A stretch of 64,000 nucleotides of DNA. It comes from Epithemia pelagica. Lineage: Eukaryota; Protista; Bacillariophyta. Below the pieces are notes generated by a model. It was not told the origin of the DNA. It made no database searches and saw only the letters and a program-made list of their open reading frames with translations. The position numbers were made by a program, and so were the translations under genes. Position 1 is the first letter of the stretch. The number at the start of each line of letters is the position of its first letter. Where the stretch lies: positions 124,001 to 188,000 of the forward strand of contig OX337233.1 in NCBI GenBank assembly GCA_946965045.2, written 5' to 3'. Of this stretch, positions 1 through 10,043 are shown piece after piece.

Positions 1-18
1 GTTGGTGACACTTTCCTG

Positions 19-2181
19 ATGGCAGCCTTCTGGTCCCACGGCATTCGATCTCCTAGCACTCTTGCGCGCCTCAATGCCTGCCGCTTGTTTTTGCGGGCAT
101 GTACCCTGGCTGATATTACCTCGGTTGATGGCACGCATATTCTGCTATCCGCTTGGTCTGGAACGGCACCGTGCAACCGTCGTCTTCACACGGAATGGTG
201 GCCGCGATCCCCTCCATCCTCGGCCTTAGCGTGGCACGAGTGGCGGGAAGCTCTTTCCCTCACCTTTGGCGTGGAGCCCCGGTTTCGGCGGGTCGACTCC
301 ACCTTGGGCTCTTGGTTAGTCCCTCACGTTCTGTCGGCCTTGTTTCTCTATTGCCCCTCTTGGAATCGACTTTTTGTTCCTCGTTTCGATGGCACTTGGT
401 CTATGGCGATTGCTCGGCCGGTGCGCCGGAGTCGCTCGGTGTTTATGGTCACTCCTGACAAAGTGTCGGTAGCCTCCTTGGTCCTTTATCCGCCCGTCTT
501 CGCGGCGGACGTCCATGGTTCCGCGGATTCGCCGATCCTCTTGCATGTTGACACCCTCCCCTTGGATATCCAGGTTCTCTTCCAGTCGGTCCCTCGTTCC
601 CCTCCGTCTTTTACGTGGGATGTCCCAGAGGTCTCCCAGGTTGCCGCGGTGTGGTTTGCGTCTCCTCCCCCTGACTTTCTTCCGAAATTGTGCTCAGCTA
701 TTGCGAGTGGCTCATGTGCGACTTTCTCTGATGGCTCTGCCCGGGAACAGCAGCAAGGAACGTGTGCATGGGGTCTGGCATTGGATGGTTCTACTCTTGT
801 TGATTTGGCGGCTGGTTTCCGCGTTCCGGGCCCTGCTGGTTCCCAGTGTTTGTTCCGGAGCGAGCTTGCGGGCCTCATTGGGATTGCGAGCCTTTTACGG
901 GCAGTTTCGCGCTATGTTCCGTCGTTATCTGGATCGGTGTTTTTTGCCACGGATAGCGACTCGGTTTTGAGTCGCGTGTTTCGTCGCCCCGCTCCGGCTA
1001 CGGTGGCGGATCATAGCTGGGACCTTTTGTCGTATTGCCGCAAGTTAATCGATGCGATGCCTCAGATCCGCTGGAAGAGTTTCCATGTCAAGGGACACCA
1101 GGACAATGGTGATGGCGATCTCGATATTTGGGCCCAACGGAATATCTACGTTGATTCTTGCGCCTCCGAGGTCTACTCCTGCGTTCCGTCTACTTGCTTT
1201 CCATGTTTTGCCACGGCCCCTCTACCACCGTCACGGGTAGGGGACAACGAGGTTGTTTCCTCCTTGGCCCCGGCTGTCCGATCGCATATCCTCGACGCCC
1301 CCTTACGTGATCATTGGTCTCGGCTTCGAAGTTGGCCCCCACAGGGTGTGCCCATTGTGGATTGGGCCTCACGGGCGCTGGCATTGCAGTCAATTCCCCA
1401 GAATCGGCGCCACTGGGTGGTTAAACACACAGCAACTCGGTCTGCCATCGGCGTTGAAATGGTTCGCCGTCGTAAATGGCGTCAGCCCACATGCCCTCGG
1501 TGCGGTGCAGCCGTGGAAACCGCTGATCACGTCCTCCAGTGTCCCCACCCCGACTCTGTTGAGATCTGGCACACAACGTTGCGCAGCCTTGATCGCTGGA
1601 TGGCTTTACGCCACACCCAACCGACGATGGCAAGGTTGATCCTGGCGTACCTACGCTCGTGGGTCGAGGGGACGACGTACGACGCCCCCTTTACCTCCGT
1701 TCCAGGGCTTCGCGAAGCTGTCGCGGATCTGGAAGTTTTGGGTTGGACGGACGCGGTTTTGGGTTTCTGGTCTTGGCGATGGGCGGAGGTGCAACAGGCT
1801 CATTACATGTTCCTGGGCAAACGGTACTCCGGACGACGCTGGCTTGTGCTCTTGATCCAACAAATTTGGAATACGTCGTGGGATCAGTGGGAACATCGGA
1901 ACGCTATCTTTCACGCGGCGGAGGTTCTCCGCCTCCAAGCGGAACGCCGAGCAGCCATCCAAGCGGCTTACTCTGGCCCTCTCCGCTCCTCCCCTCGTTT
2001 TCGTCTTCTTTTCCGCCGCCCTTTGGATCGTCGGCTGCAGGATCCTGCCCACATCCAATTGGCTTTTTTACGACGTCTCTCCACTCCAGTGGCATCGGCG
2101 GCTTCCCGGGCCCTTCGTCTTCAGCAACGCTGTTTTCGCTCCTATTTCCGGTTCTCTCGGGCTCGGCATACCTCGTCTTGA
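19..2181 (+). CDS. C-terminal part of LINE ORF2: RNase H domain plus C-terminal zinc knuckle
   Basis: RNase H motifs TFSDGS, RSELAG, FATDSDSV, HVKGHQD, NIYVD; knuckle CPRCG-x5-ADHVLQC. The ORF probably begins upstream of the window. Confidence 0.85.
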   Translation: MAAFWSHGIRSPSTLARLNACRLFLRACTLADITSVDGTHILLSAWSGTAPCNRRLHTEWWPRSPPSSALAWHEWREALSLTFGVEPRFRRVDSTLGSWLVPHVLSALFLYCPSWNRLFVPRFDGTWSMAIARPVRRSRSVFMVTPDKVSVASLVLYPPVFAADVHGSADSPILLHVDTLPLDIQVLFQSVPRSPPSFTWDVPEVSQVAAVWFASPPPDFLPKLCSAIASGSCATFSDGSAREQQQGTCAWGLALDGSTLVDLAAGFRVPGPAGSQCLFRSELAGLIGIASLLRAVSRYVPSLSGSVFFATDSDSVLSRVFRRPAPATVADHSWDLLSYCRKLIDAMPQIRWKSFHVKGHQDNGDGDLDIWAQRNIYVDSCASEVYSCVPSTCFPCFATAPLPPSRVGDNEVVSSLAPAVRSHILDAPLRDHWSRLRSWPPQGVPIVDWASRALALQSIPQNRRHWVVKHTATRSAIGVEMVRRRKWRQPTCPRCGAAVETADHVLQCPHPDSVEIWHTTLRSLDRWMALRHTQPTMARLILAYLRSWVEGTTYDAPFTSVPGLREAVADLEVLGWTDAVLGFWSWRWAEVQQAHYMFLGKRYSGRRWLVLLIQQIWNTSWDQWEHRNAIFHAAEVLRLQAERRAAIQAAYSGPLRSSPRFRLLFRRPLDRRLQDPAHIQLAFLRRLSTPVASAASRALRLQQRCFRSYFRFSRARHTSS

Positions 2182-2391
2182 GTTGGTGGAACCGTCCCTG
2201 TCCTTGTGACTGCTGGGACCGTTAACCTTCTCCTTTTTGTATTGGTGATCTTTACTGTGTTGCATTTCTCTTTACCCCATCATTTTTCTACATGTCTTGC
2301 ATTGGTCGACTGGGCCGGGCGGGATTCGTCTCCCCTAGGTTCACCAGCGACGTTAAAGCCTCCGGCAGTTTAATTTAAACTAATCAATGAG

Positions 2392-2409
2392 TTATTATTA
2401 TTATTATTA
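2392..2409 (+). repeat. (TTA)6 3' tail of the LINE
   Basis: gag-ttattattattattatta-ctatc at the end of the 3' UTR. Confidence 0.8.
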
Positions 2410-3043
2410 CTATCTGGGTAATCCAGATCATGACAGGTCCCCTGATCTCAATCCATTCAGTAACTGTCGAGAATGACACCTTGTGCCCCCTCACATGGTA
2501 CACTACTTTCAAACAACCATATTTAATCCTCCGTAGTAGAGACGAGCGAAAGCCGCAACCTATTGTAGGACAATCGGCACTGGAAAAGTATTGTGCCTAA
2601 CCTGTATAGTCGACGAGTGTGCAGTGGCACAGTCTGCAACAAAAGTCACTTTTGCTGCTCGAATGGCCTCTAGACTTGGGCCGCACAAGCCACCCGCACT
2701 GTCGACCGTTGGGATCGTAGTACACTGTGTCATACTCCATCACGGATAACGTCATCCTTATTCGTCGCAAACAACAAATCATAAGTACAAACGAGTGTCT
2801 GATGGTCTCTCTGCGAGAGTCGCCGAACTTAAAGTACATCCTTTGTGGAGAACGATGATGCGAGTGTTTCAAGTGGGTGTCTTTCGGGTTTGCTTTGATA
2901 TTGGAACTGCTGGATCTAACTGTCTGCTTTTGCAAGTTTCCTTGCTGCGTGTGCTCTTCATCAAGTCATTTCCAAAATTCATTCTTATACCATACGCGGC
3001 TTAAATCCGCATAAATCAGGGATTATCAAACTCAAGCAGATCT

Positions 3044-3282
3044 CTACTTCTCGACTTTCTTCTTCTTGTATGGGTTGCTAACGGCTTTCTGTTGCTGTGG
3101 CTCATCCATTCTCGGAATGCTGACCTCCGGTACATCCAAAGAATTCCAGAACTGGCTGAGCTCGGTTCGCAAGCCTTGGTACTGGAAGAAGGATGGATCA
3201 AATAAGACAGCATGCTCGTAGTGTTTCAACCGAGAAGCTTGGGTATAGTTGTAAGATCCAACCATAGCTCCAGCACTGGTAA
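3044..3282 (-). pseudogene. C-terminal part of a PLD-superfamily (single HKD-like) nuclease gene interrupted by copia-1
   Basis: Translates as (T)SAGAMVGSYNYTQASRLKHYEHAVLF..., the GSxN half of the PLD motif. The apparent ORF start MQQESF... is LTR-derived. Confidence 0.75.
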
Positions 3283-3737
3283 TGTTGTTTTCCTTACTAG
3301 CGAGTAAACAAAAGGACTCTTGTTGCAAAATTGTGTGTCTACGGTGTTAGGTACTACGTCTTCGTTCCCTACTGTCATCGATGCGTTGAATCGTTGGTGG
3401 AGACGTTGTGTCACCAATTTGGGCGACGAGATGTGTCATGGACGGGCCTGCCACCGTTCGTGGGATATCGCTGCCTCTAAGTATCTTCTGATTCACTTAG
3501 GGCCATGGACCGTTATGACAATGGTCATGGGATCCCGTCCTTAAGAACGACAATCGTTACATAGGCATTGTCGATCGTTACATAGGCATCGTCGCCTGGA
3601 TCCATCGTCCGTCGTTTTTGCATTTTGTGAAAGGTGGTTCGATGATGCGTTGGGCCTAATGGAGTCATGAGGTTTGCGTCTGCGGTCCCCCAAGGTCCCC
3701 ATCAGTTACATATGCCCGCATGTACAATATTCGAACA
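3283..3737 (-). repeat. 3' LTR of copia-1
   Basis: Direct repeat of 9051-9505; preceded on the minus strand by a purine tract. Confidence 0.97.
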
Positions 3738-3763
3738 CTCCCTCACGCAGCGTGAAAATCTGA

Positions 3764-6700
3764 CTACCAGCCCATAATACGCGTGCGATGCCGCTCGAAC
3801 GTCTCTTTATCCAGTGCTTTGGTAAAGATATCCGCGGTCTGCAACTCCGTATCGCAAGGGAGGATCGTAATCTCTTTCTTCTCGACATAGGACTTGAAAT
3901 GAAATAGCTTGGTACAGAGGTATCGCGTGCGTGGTCGATACTTATAGACCGTAGCCAATTCGTAAGCTCCGTTATTGTCTTCAAAAGCTCGACAATGTAC
4001 TCTGGGTTGTGTTGACAGAACAGGGAAGCCGAGTGATTTCATCTCTTTCGTAATGTGCATAAGTGGAATGACTGTACGCAATGAAGTAGAGAGGCTGATA
4101 ATTTCCGCTTCCGTTGTGGACAGTGCAATCTCGGACTGTAACTTTGATGCCCACACTATGGGACAACCTCCATAAAAGATGACATATCCGGAACGGGATC
4201 GGGCCATGTCTGATCGTGGTATATCTGTCTTGTTGAAGTTGCCACAAAAATCGGCATCGGCATAAACGTCGAAATTTTCCTTGTCCTGTGGTTTGAGCAC
4301 TAGTCCTCGTGACCGTGTACCAGCGAGGTAGCGCCCAATCTGCTTTACTGCTCGTCCGTGTACCTGCTTTGGATTCGCGGAAAAGCGTGCACATTGATGT
4401 ACTGCGTAGGATATATCAGGTCGTGTACTTTTCTCGAGGAAATTCAGTTTCCCGATGACCGAGCGATAGTTGAAGTGTCCATCAAAGGGCTCCCCATCAT
4501 CATCGGCGCGCATCTTCACTGTAGTTGCTGCCGGCACGTCGCGAGTATTCGTGTCCGCTGGTAATCGCAGATCATCAAGGATAGCGTCGATCAAGCGAGT
4601 CTGGGAGAGGTGAAGATGTCCGGTCTGTTGTTTTGTAATGTTGACTCCAAGAAAATCTTCAACTCCGTCTTCATATGTAATCTTAAGCCCAATGTCCTGC
4701 ATCTGGGTGATGATGTCATCGAGTTCTTGTGGATCAGGCCCTGTTAAGATGGAGTCGTCTGTGTACAGGATATAGAGGCTGCGTCCTTTGTAGAAGACAC
4801 ATTCATCATGATCACTCTGTTTGAATCCCACTTGTTCCAATTGCTGTACTAGATGTTTATTCCAGACACGCGCGGCCTGTTTCTGACCGTAGTAATTCCG
4901 TTTAATCTTCTTGAGAACAAAATCTTCGGCTCGTTGTTTTCCGGTCGTGTCGAATGTAAACCCTCTAGGTGCCTCCATGTACATATCAGTTTCCGCCACG
5001 GCTTGAGTATAGGCGAGGACATAGTCTATCTGCTTCATCGCCCATCCGTGCGAAATAGCCGTCGTTAAGACATAGCGGACCACAGGCCATTGGACTACGG
5101 GAGCATAAGTCTCCCAATAGTTCACTCCTTTGGTCTGTCTTGATCCATCAAATGCCAAGCGTGACTTCCATTTATAGATTTCACCTGTCTGCAGTTTCCG
5201 CTTCCGGACACAACTCCATACTGCTCTAGTCACATAGCTACCCGGTGGTATATCTTGTCGTCGAACCACTTCCCAGAGACCGTTTGCGGTGTGATCCTGG
5301 ACCTCCTTTTGGGCAGCCTTTATAAATTCCAATCGATCTGGTTGTCGCATGGCTTCGTGCCAATACATGACATCTGGATTTGCTTGGGCCTGTGCGGTCA
5401 TGGAGATCAACCCAGGTAACGTCACTGCCAGCTCACCTAGAGGATCTAGGTCGTCCCCCAAGGAATCCATATAGTCTTGATATCGCATAGTTGGTTTGGG
5501 TTGTCGTTGTGACCTGCGGACTCCAAAGGCTCCCTCATTTGTCGGCTGGATTAGCTCTTCGTTGTCGATTGGTAACGGAACTATAGGCGGCTCCTCTAGG
5601 GTAGAATTGTGATCTACCTCCCTCATTTGTGAGGGTAGTTGTGAGTCACGTGTGTGGGTAGTGTGGTGATCTGGTTGGGACTGATCCATGGTTTTACCCT
5701 TGCGGAACCCAGCCTTCTGCTGCCAGTAGGAGACAGGTTGTGCTTCCCCGAAACTACGTCGCATAGTCTCAAAACGGTCATCATATTGAACATGGAATTG
5801 GGGCGAAGATAAACCGGAGGACAATGAGAGAATAAGCCCCACGGTTCTTGAGTGTTGGGCAGAGTATCCCAAGAAGATACCAACCCGAGAGCGTTCGGAC
5901 CATTTGGGAATCCCTTTTCCTGATTGTAGAGCATTGTCTAGGACATAACTTGGACATCCAAATGTATGCGCATGTCGCAAGTTGAATCGTGCTGGGGAAC
6001 CAGAGAAGAGTTCCAAAGGCGTCGTTTTCTTATGTTTCGCCATAAGTGCAGAGTTGAAGATATCCGATGCATAGCGTACTGCATAGGGCCAGAGGTTCGG
6101 AGTAATAGCAGAGGGCCATCGACGATGTGCATGGAGTAGCATAGTCCGTGCTGAATCTTGTAGGTCCCTTATGCGCCTCTCGGCCATACCGCTCTGAAAA
6201 TGCGCGTTGACTCCGCTGAACGTCAAGCGCTGTCCTTTGTCTCTTACTGCTTTGCGAAATTGGTTGTCAGCAAAAATGCCGTTGTCTGCATGATAGTGCA
6301 TGATTGCGACCCCGTGCGTATCCGCCCATGCTTCAAATCGCTCCTTTGCTTCGATGGTATCTGCAGCCGACGTCGATCGTTGTAGGTGGACGTACCCTAT
6401 ACCAGAGTAGTGGTCCACGAAAACAGTCGCTACCCGATATCTATCGCGTGTTGGAGTACCTCGTAAGTGGGCAATATATCCTGGTGTTGTCGATATGAGT
6501 TGGTCAACCGATACACATTGGCCTGGACGAGTCATAACATCCAGTGTACCCCTTGTACCTTTCACTCGCCATGGTTTCTTCGTCGCTTTCCCGTACATAC
6601 AGGCTGTACATGCTGGAACAGCGCATGAACCGAGTCGCTTGGGCAATTCACCTCGTCGTGCCATTTCTTGAATCTTAGCAAATGACAGATGGCCGAGCCG

Positions 6701-7766
6701 ATGATGAACGCGTAGGAGTTCAACCGTCGGGTTTTCGATTGGCACTTCTTCTTCATTGGGAATCACATGTACCACTTTTTTCATCTTCGAAGAGAAAATC
6801 CGTGGTGATGGGCTGATCCTGTTGTGGAAAATACTGTTCGTTGTGCTCGTCATCCATGTCAAATTCTACATCGTTGGAATCTTGTTCGATCTGGGCGCTT
6901 GGTGAGTTCTCATTGATGCTTTCGTCATCCTCGATCAGATTCGCATGACTAACGATCGGTGGATTCTCATCTTCTTCCTCCGGTGTCGCGTGTACTTTGC
7001 AGCAGAAAGCATGGAACTTGAGCATACCGTTTGCAGTGTACAGCTGTCCCACGTTTGTCCCTCTTCGATTGAGTGGGATGGTTCTCGTGTATTCGCGTTG
7101 GTTCCATTCGAGAATGATGTTGTCAGCTGTGGTGATGCAGCGAGTGCCATCTGGATTCGGCTTGTGGTCTTTGGCTACTTGTGCCCAGTGTTGGGGAGAG
7201 AAAAGTCTGTTGGAGGTCGATGGTATGTAGAATGATCGAGGCAGGACGAATGTATGGATGGCACCGTTGTCGTCTTCGAAGTGCCACTTGATCGTCGTGG
7301 AGTAGATTTCCGTTTTGAACAATCCTGCAATGCCCTTGATCTTTCTTCTTACGGGTTGGATTGCTGTTATGCAGTCGGTGATATCGTTTGTGATAGACGA
7401 TGTTGCACAGTTGTCAACAAACACGGGCTGGCTATCGGAGTCGAACTTGACTTGATGTGCTGCAGCTGGTTTGCCTGTTATCGGAGCTGCGAGTATTGTT
7501 GCCATGCATAACATTCGCATTGTTTGTCTATTCCATCTTGGTTTCCTTGTTTGTCGTCGTATCCTGTTGCTATTGCATTTTGGTGTTAGAAACCATAGCT
7601 TAGGCCGCAGACTCGTCTTGTCATCTTGGGAAGGGTTAGCCGACCTAGCATCATCATCACTATATACTAGGACAGACATGTCGAGGATTGTTGTCACTAG
7701 TAACATATAGATGAGCTGCTCGACCGTCTTGTAGAACAGCCCGAGGAATGACCTCGGGTCTCGTTG
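3764..7766 (-). CDS. pol: copia-1 pol (protease, integrase, RT, RNase H), with a +1 frameshift in an A6 run at 6776-6781
   Basis: PR VFVDNCAT; HHRLGH...CTAC; IN VSVDQL/HADNG/AERRI; RT YTDD; RH YADADF/EAE/EDNNGA/ADIFTKAL. ORFs 6753-7706 and 3764-6862 join as ...FEDEK/VVHVIP. Confidence 0.9.
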
Positions 7767-7769
7767 TCA
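7740..7769 (-). promoter_or_regulatory. Candidate stop-codon readthrough signal between gag and pol
   Basis: Minus strand: TGA CAACGAGA CCCGAGG TCATT CCTCGGG. pol is in frame with gag and there is no other stop before the pol ORF. Confidence 0.65.
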
Positions 7770-9008
7770 CTCTTCGTCAGAAGATTCTTCTTGGGCCGGT
7801 AGATCAGCTAGAGCACTCGCGAGGCGAAGGGCAGGAGTTGTACCATCATTGTTCTTCTCGGCATGAGCTAGATCATAGGCCTTCTTTTTCTCGCCGGTTA
7901 AGCCCCGTCCGTTGCACGTGTTGGAAGTGTGTTTCTTGTTGAGTGACCATTTTTCATGCCACTTACACCAATAGTACATTTTTCCGTTGACTTCTTTTAC
8001 TTCTGGGCCTCCCTCATGTGGCCCAATGGTGAGCCACGATTCTTTTGCTGATTCTTTGGTCTTTTGCTCGCCCTGTTTGGATCCCTTGGTCGTGGACAGC
8101 GGGGCTGTTTTTCCTTTCTCCATCTTCTTGACTTTGGCCTCAAGGGCAATAATCTTCTGGTCACGTTCGGACAGAGCCTGCCATTTCTTCGCTTCTACCA
8201 GGCCTTGGTACTTGAGACGGGCCCAATCCATGAGTTGCGTCGCCGAGAGATTCGGAGAATCTCCTTCTTCGTATGCGTTCTTTCGACGACGGATCATCTC
8301 CAAGAAGTTCTCATCACTCACAGTCTCATAAGCTTTGAAAAGGTTAGGGAGTAAGTCCAGCGTTCGTTCACCGCGGGCATGCAAACCTTGAAGAGTAGCC
8401 TTCACATAGGAGTTGAACTTGATGATGTCACCGTTGAAGTCTGCAATATGAATATGCAGATCGGACAAGCGCTGGCGAAGTACCATCACGGTCGCCTCGG
8501 TATCCACATACGCGAGGGAAATGATCACTTTGAGAAGAAGTGGACCACTGCCAACGTCGTCAATAATAAAGTCTTCGCGTCGTAGATTTACTTGCGCCTT
8601 CGCATCGTCGTTGAGCGACGCCATCAAACACATGTAGGACATGTAGGAATTCTGAGAAATCCTGTTCTGTCCGATGAAACTATCGACGTAGGTGCGAACC
8701 TGGGCGAGCGAGACGCGACCGTAGGCTTGAGTCAAGAGATGCGTAGGTGCTGGTGGCGGTGCTGGTCCAGCCGCTGGAGGAACCACAATGTGTTCGGGAA
8801 TGGAAAAGGTGCTGGTCCAAGACTGTTCGACGATCCGATCTTGGAATGAGTCGAGAAATGTCTTCAGCCCTTCCGCGTGGAGATCGTAGAGATCACCACC
8901 GTCAAAGAGTCCAGTCGTTGCCTGCTTGTAGAGCTTTGCTCCAGCTGCCGTTGCAAAGTTCACGATGTTGTTCGCGTTTGCGTTAGCGGGAGAGATTGCG
9001 AAAGCCAT
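7767..9008 (-). CDS. gag: copia-1 gag (413 aa from MAFAISP)
   Basis: Position after the 5' LTR; C-terminal CxxH...H...C motif (YWCKWHEKWSLNKKHTSNTC). The longer ORF call starts inside the LTR. Confidence 0.85.
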   Translation of the reverse strand: MAFAISPANANANNIVNFATAAGAKLYKQATTGLFDGGDLYDLHAEGLKTFLDSFQDRIVEQSWTSTFSIPEHIVVPPAAGPAPPPAPTHLLTQAYGRVSLAQVRTYVDSFIGQNRISQNSYMSYMCLMASLNDDAKAQVNLRREDFIIDDVGSGPLLLKVIISLAYVDTEATVMVLRQRLSDLHIHIADFNGDIIKFNSYVKATLQGLHARGERTLDLLPNLFKAYETVSDENFLEMIRRRKNAYEEGDSPNLSATQLMDWARLKYQGLVEAKKWQALSERDQKIIALEAKVKKMEKGKTAPLSTTKGSKQGEQKTKESAKESWLTIGPHEGGPEVKEVNGKMYYWCKWHEKWSLNKKHTSNTCNGRGLTGEKKKAYDLAHAEKNNDGTTPALRLASALADLPAQEESSDEE

Positions 9009-9036
9009 GGCAGACGATGGACGTGTGCTGTCTAAA

Positions 9037-9050
9037 GCGCAGAGGAAGCG
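9037..9050 (-). other. Putative primer-binding site complementary to the D-arm of initiator tRNA-Met
   Basis: Directly abuts the 5' LTR. Plus strand GCGCAGAGGAAGCG resembles the conserved eukaryotic tRNAiMet segment GCGCAGCGGAAGCG (one mismatch, from memory). No TGG start. Confidence 0.55.
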
Positions 9051-9505
9051 TGTTGTTTTCCTTACTAGCGAGTAAAGAAAAGGACTCTTGTTGCAAAATT
9101 GTGTGTCTACGGTGTTAGGTACTACGTCTTCGTTCCCTACTGTCATCGATGCGTTGAATCGTTGGTGGAGACGTTGTGTCACCAATTTGGGCGACGAGAT
9201 GTGTCATGGACGGGCCTGCCACCGTTCGTGGGATATCGCTGCCTCTAAGTATCTTCTGATTCACTTAGGGCCATGGACCGTTATGACAATGGTCATGGGA
9301 TCCCGTCCTTAAGAACGACAATCGTTACATAGGCATTGTCGATCGTTACATAGGCATCGTCGCCTGGATCCATCGTCCGTCGTTTTTGCATTTTGTGAAA
9401 GGTGGTTCGATGATGCGTTGGGCCTAATGGAGTCATGAGGTTTGCGTCTGCGGTCCCCCAAGGTCCCCATCAGTTACATATGCCCGCATGTACAATATTC
9501 GAACA
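9051..9505 (-). repeat. 5' LTR of copia-1
   Basis: Direct repeat of 3283-3737. Confidence 0.97.
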
Positions 9506-10043
9506 TGGTAAGGACAGCTTTGGAATGAAAAAATTCCGAATCTTTGCCGTACAACTTGAGACGGAGGCGAGCCACAGCGACGCGCCGATTTTCATACGTG
9601 CCGACAAACTTCTGCAGACTTTCAATATTCCAGGGAGATGTTCCCAGAACAATGAATATATGTAGATTTGAAGCTGTCGGCATCGCATAATGACAGAGCT
9701 TATCTATCACAGCAAAGTCCGATAAGAATGGCGCGGATAGAAATACTTCAGAATTCGGCTCGGCCGCGGCGAGCAAATGAACGAGCGCCACAAAAGGATG
9801 GCTCTCATGGGCTATCGACTTGCCTGCTTCTGGGCCAGAGGGGTGGCGGATGCATGTATAAAGCAAGGTCGGGCGATCATTGGTAACAGCCATTTCATCA
9901 CTCTGTTTGCCGTCGCCTAGCAGCCATGATTGATCCACAAAATGGTCGTCTCCTTCCCGCACCGTTTCGCTCTGTCGTTGACGTTCGTACTCAGCGTTGT
10001 ATTCCCAGTAAGAGGTGTTGAGTTCCAAATTCGAGTCATTCAT
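9506..10043 (-). pseudogene. N-terminal part of the PLD-superfamily nuclease gene interrupted by copia-1
   Basis: MNDSNLE...EVFLSAPFLSD...FFHSKAVLT. Removing copia-1 and one TSD gives in-frame HSKAVLTSAGAMVGSYN (HxK...GSxN). Confidence 0.75.

Larger units (their letters stand above)
1..2409 (+). mobile_element. 3' part of a non-LTR retrotransposon (LINE) with RNase H, possibly Ambal-like; 5' part lies outside the window
   Basis: ORF 19-2181 carries an RNase H motif set and a CCHC knuckle. It is followed by a ~210 bp 3' UTR ending in (TTA)6. Clade assignment is inference. Confidence 0.85.
3283..9505 (-). mobile_element. Ty1/copia LTR retrotransposon (copia-1, CoDi-like), full length
   Basis: 455-bp TG...CA LTRs at 3283-3737 and 9051-9505 (1 mismatch seen); TGGTAA direct repeats at 3277-3282 and 9506-9511; domain order gag-PR-IN-RT-RH; PPT GAGGGAG at 3738-3744. 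Confidence 0.97.

Noticed and set aside
9009-9185. Longer gag start (MVTQRLHQ...)
   Set aside because: It lies inside the LTR, and the same peptide appears in the 3' LTR ORF 3226-3417.
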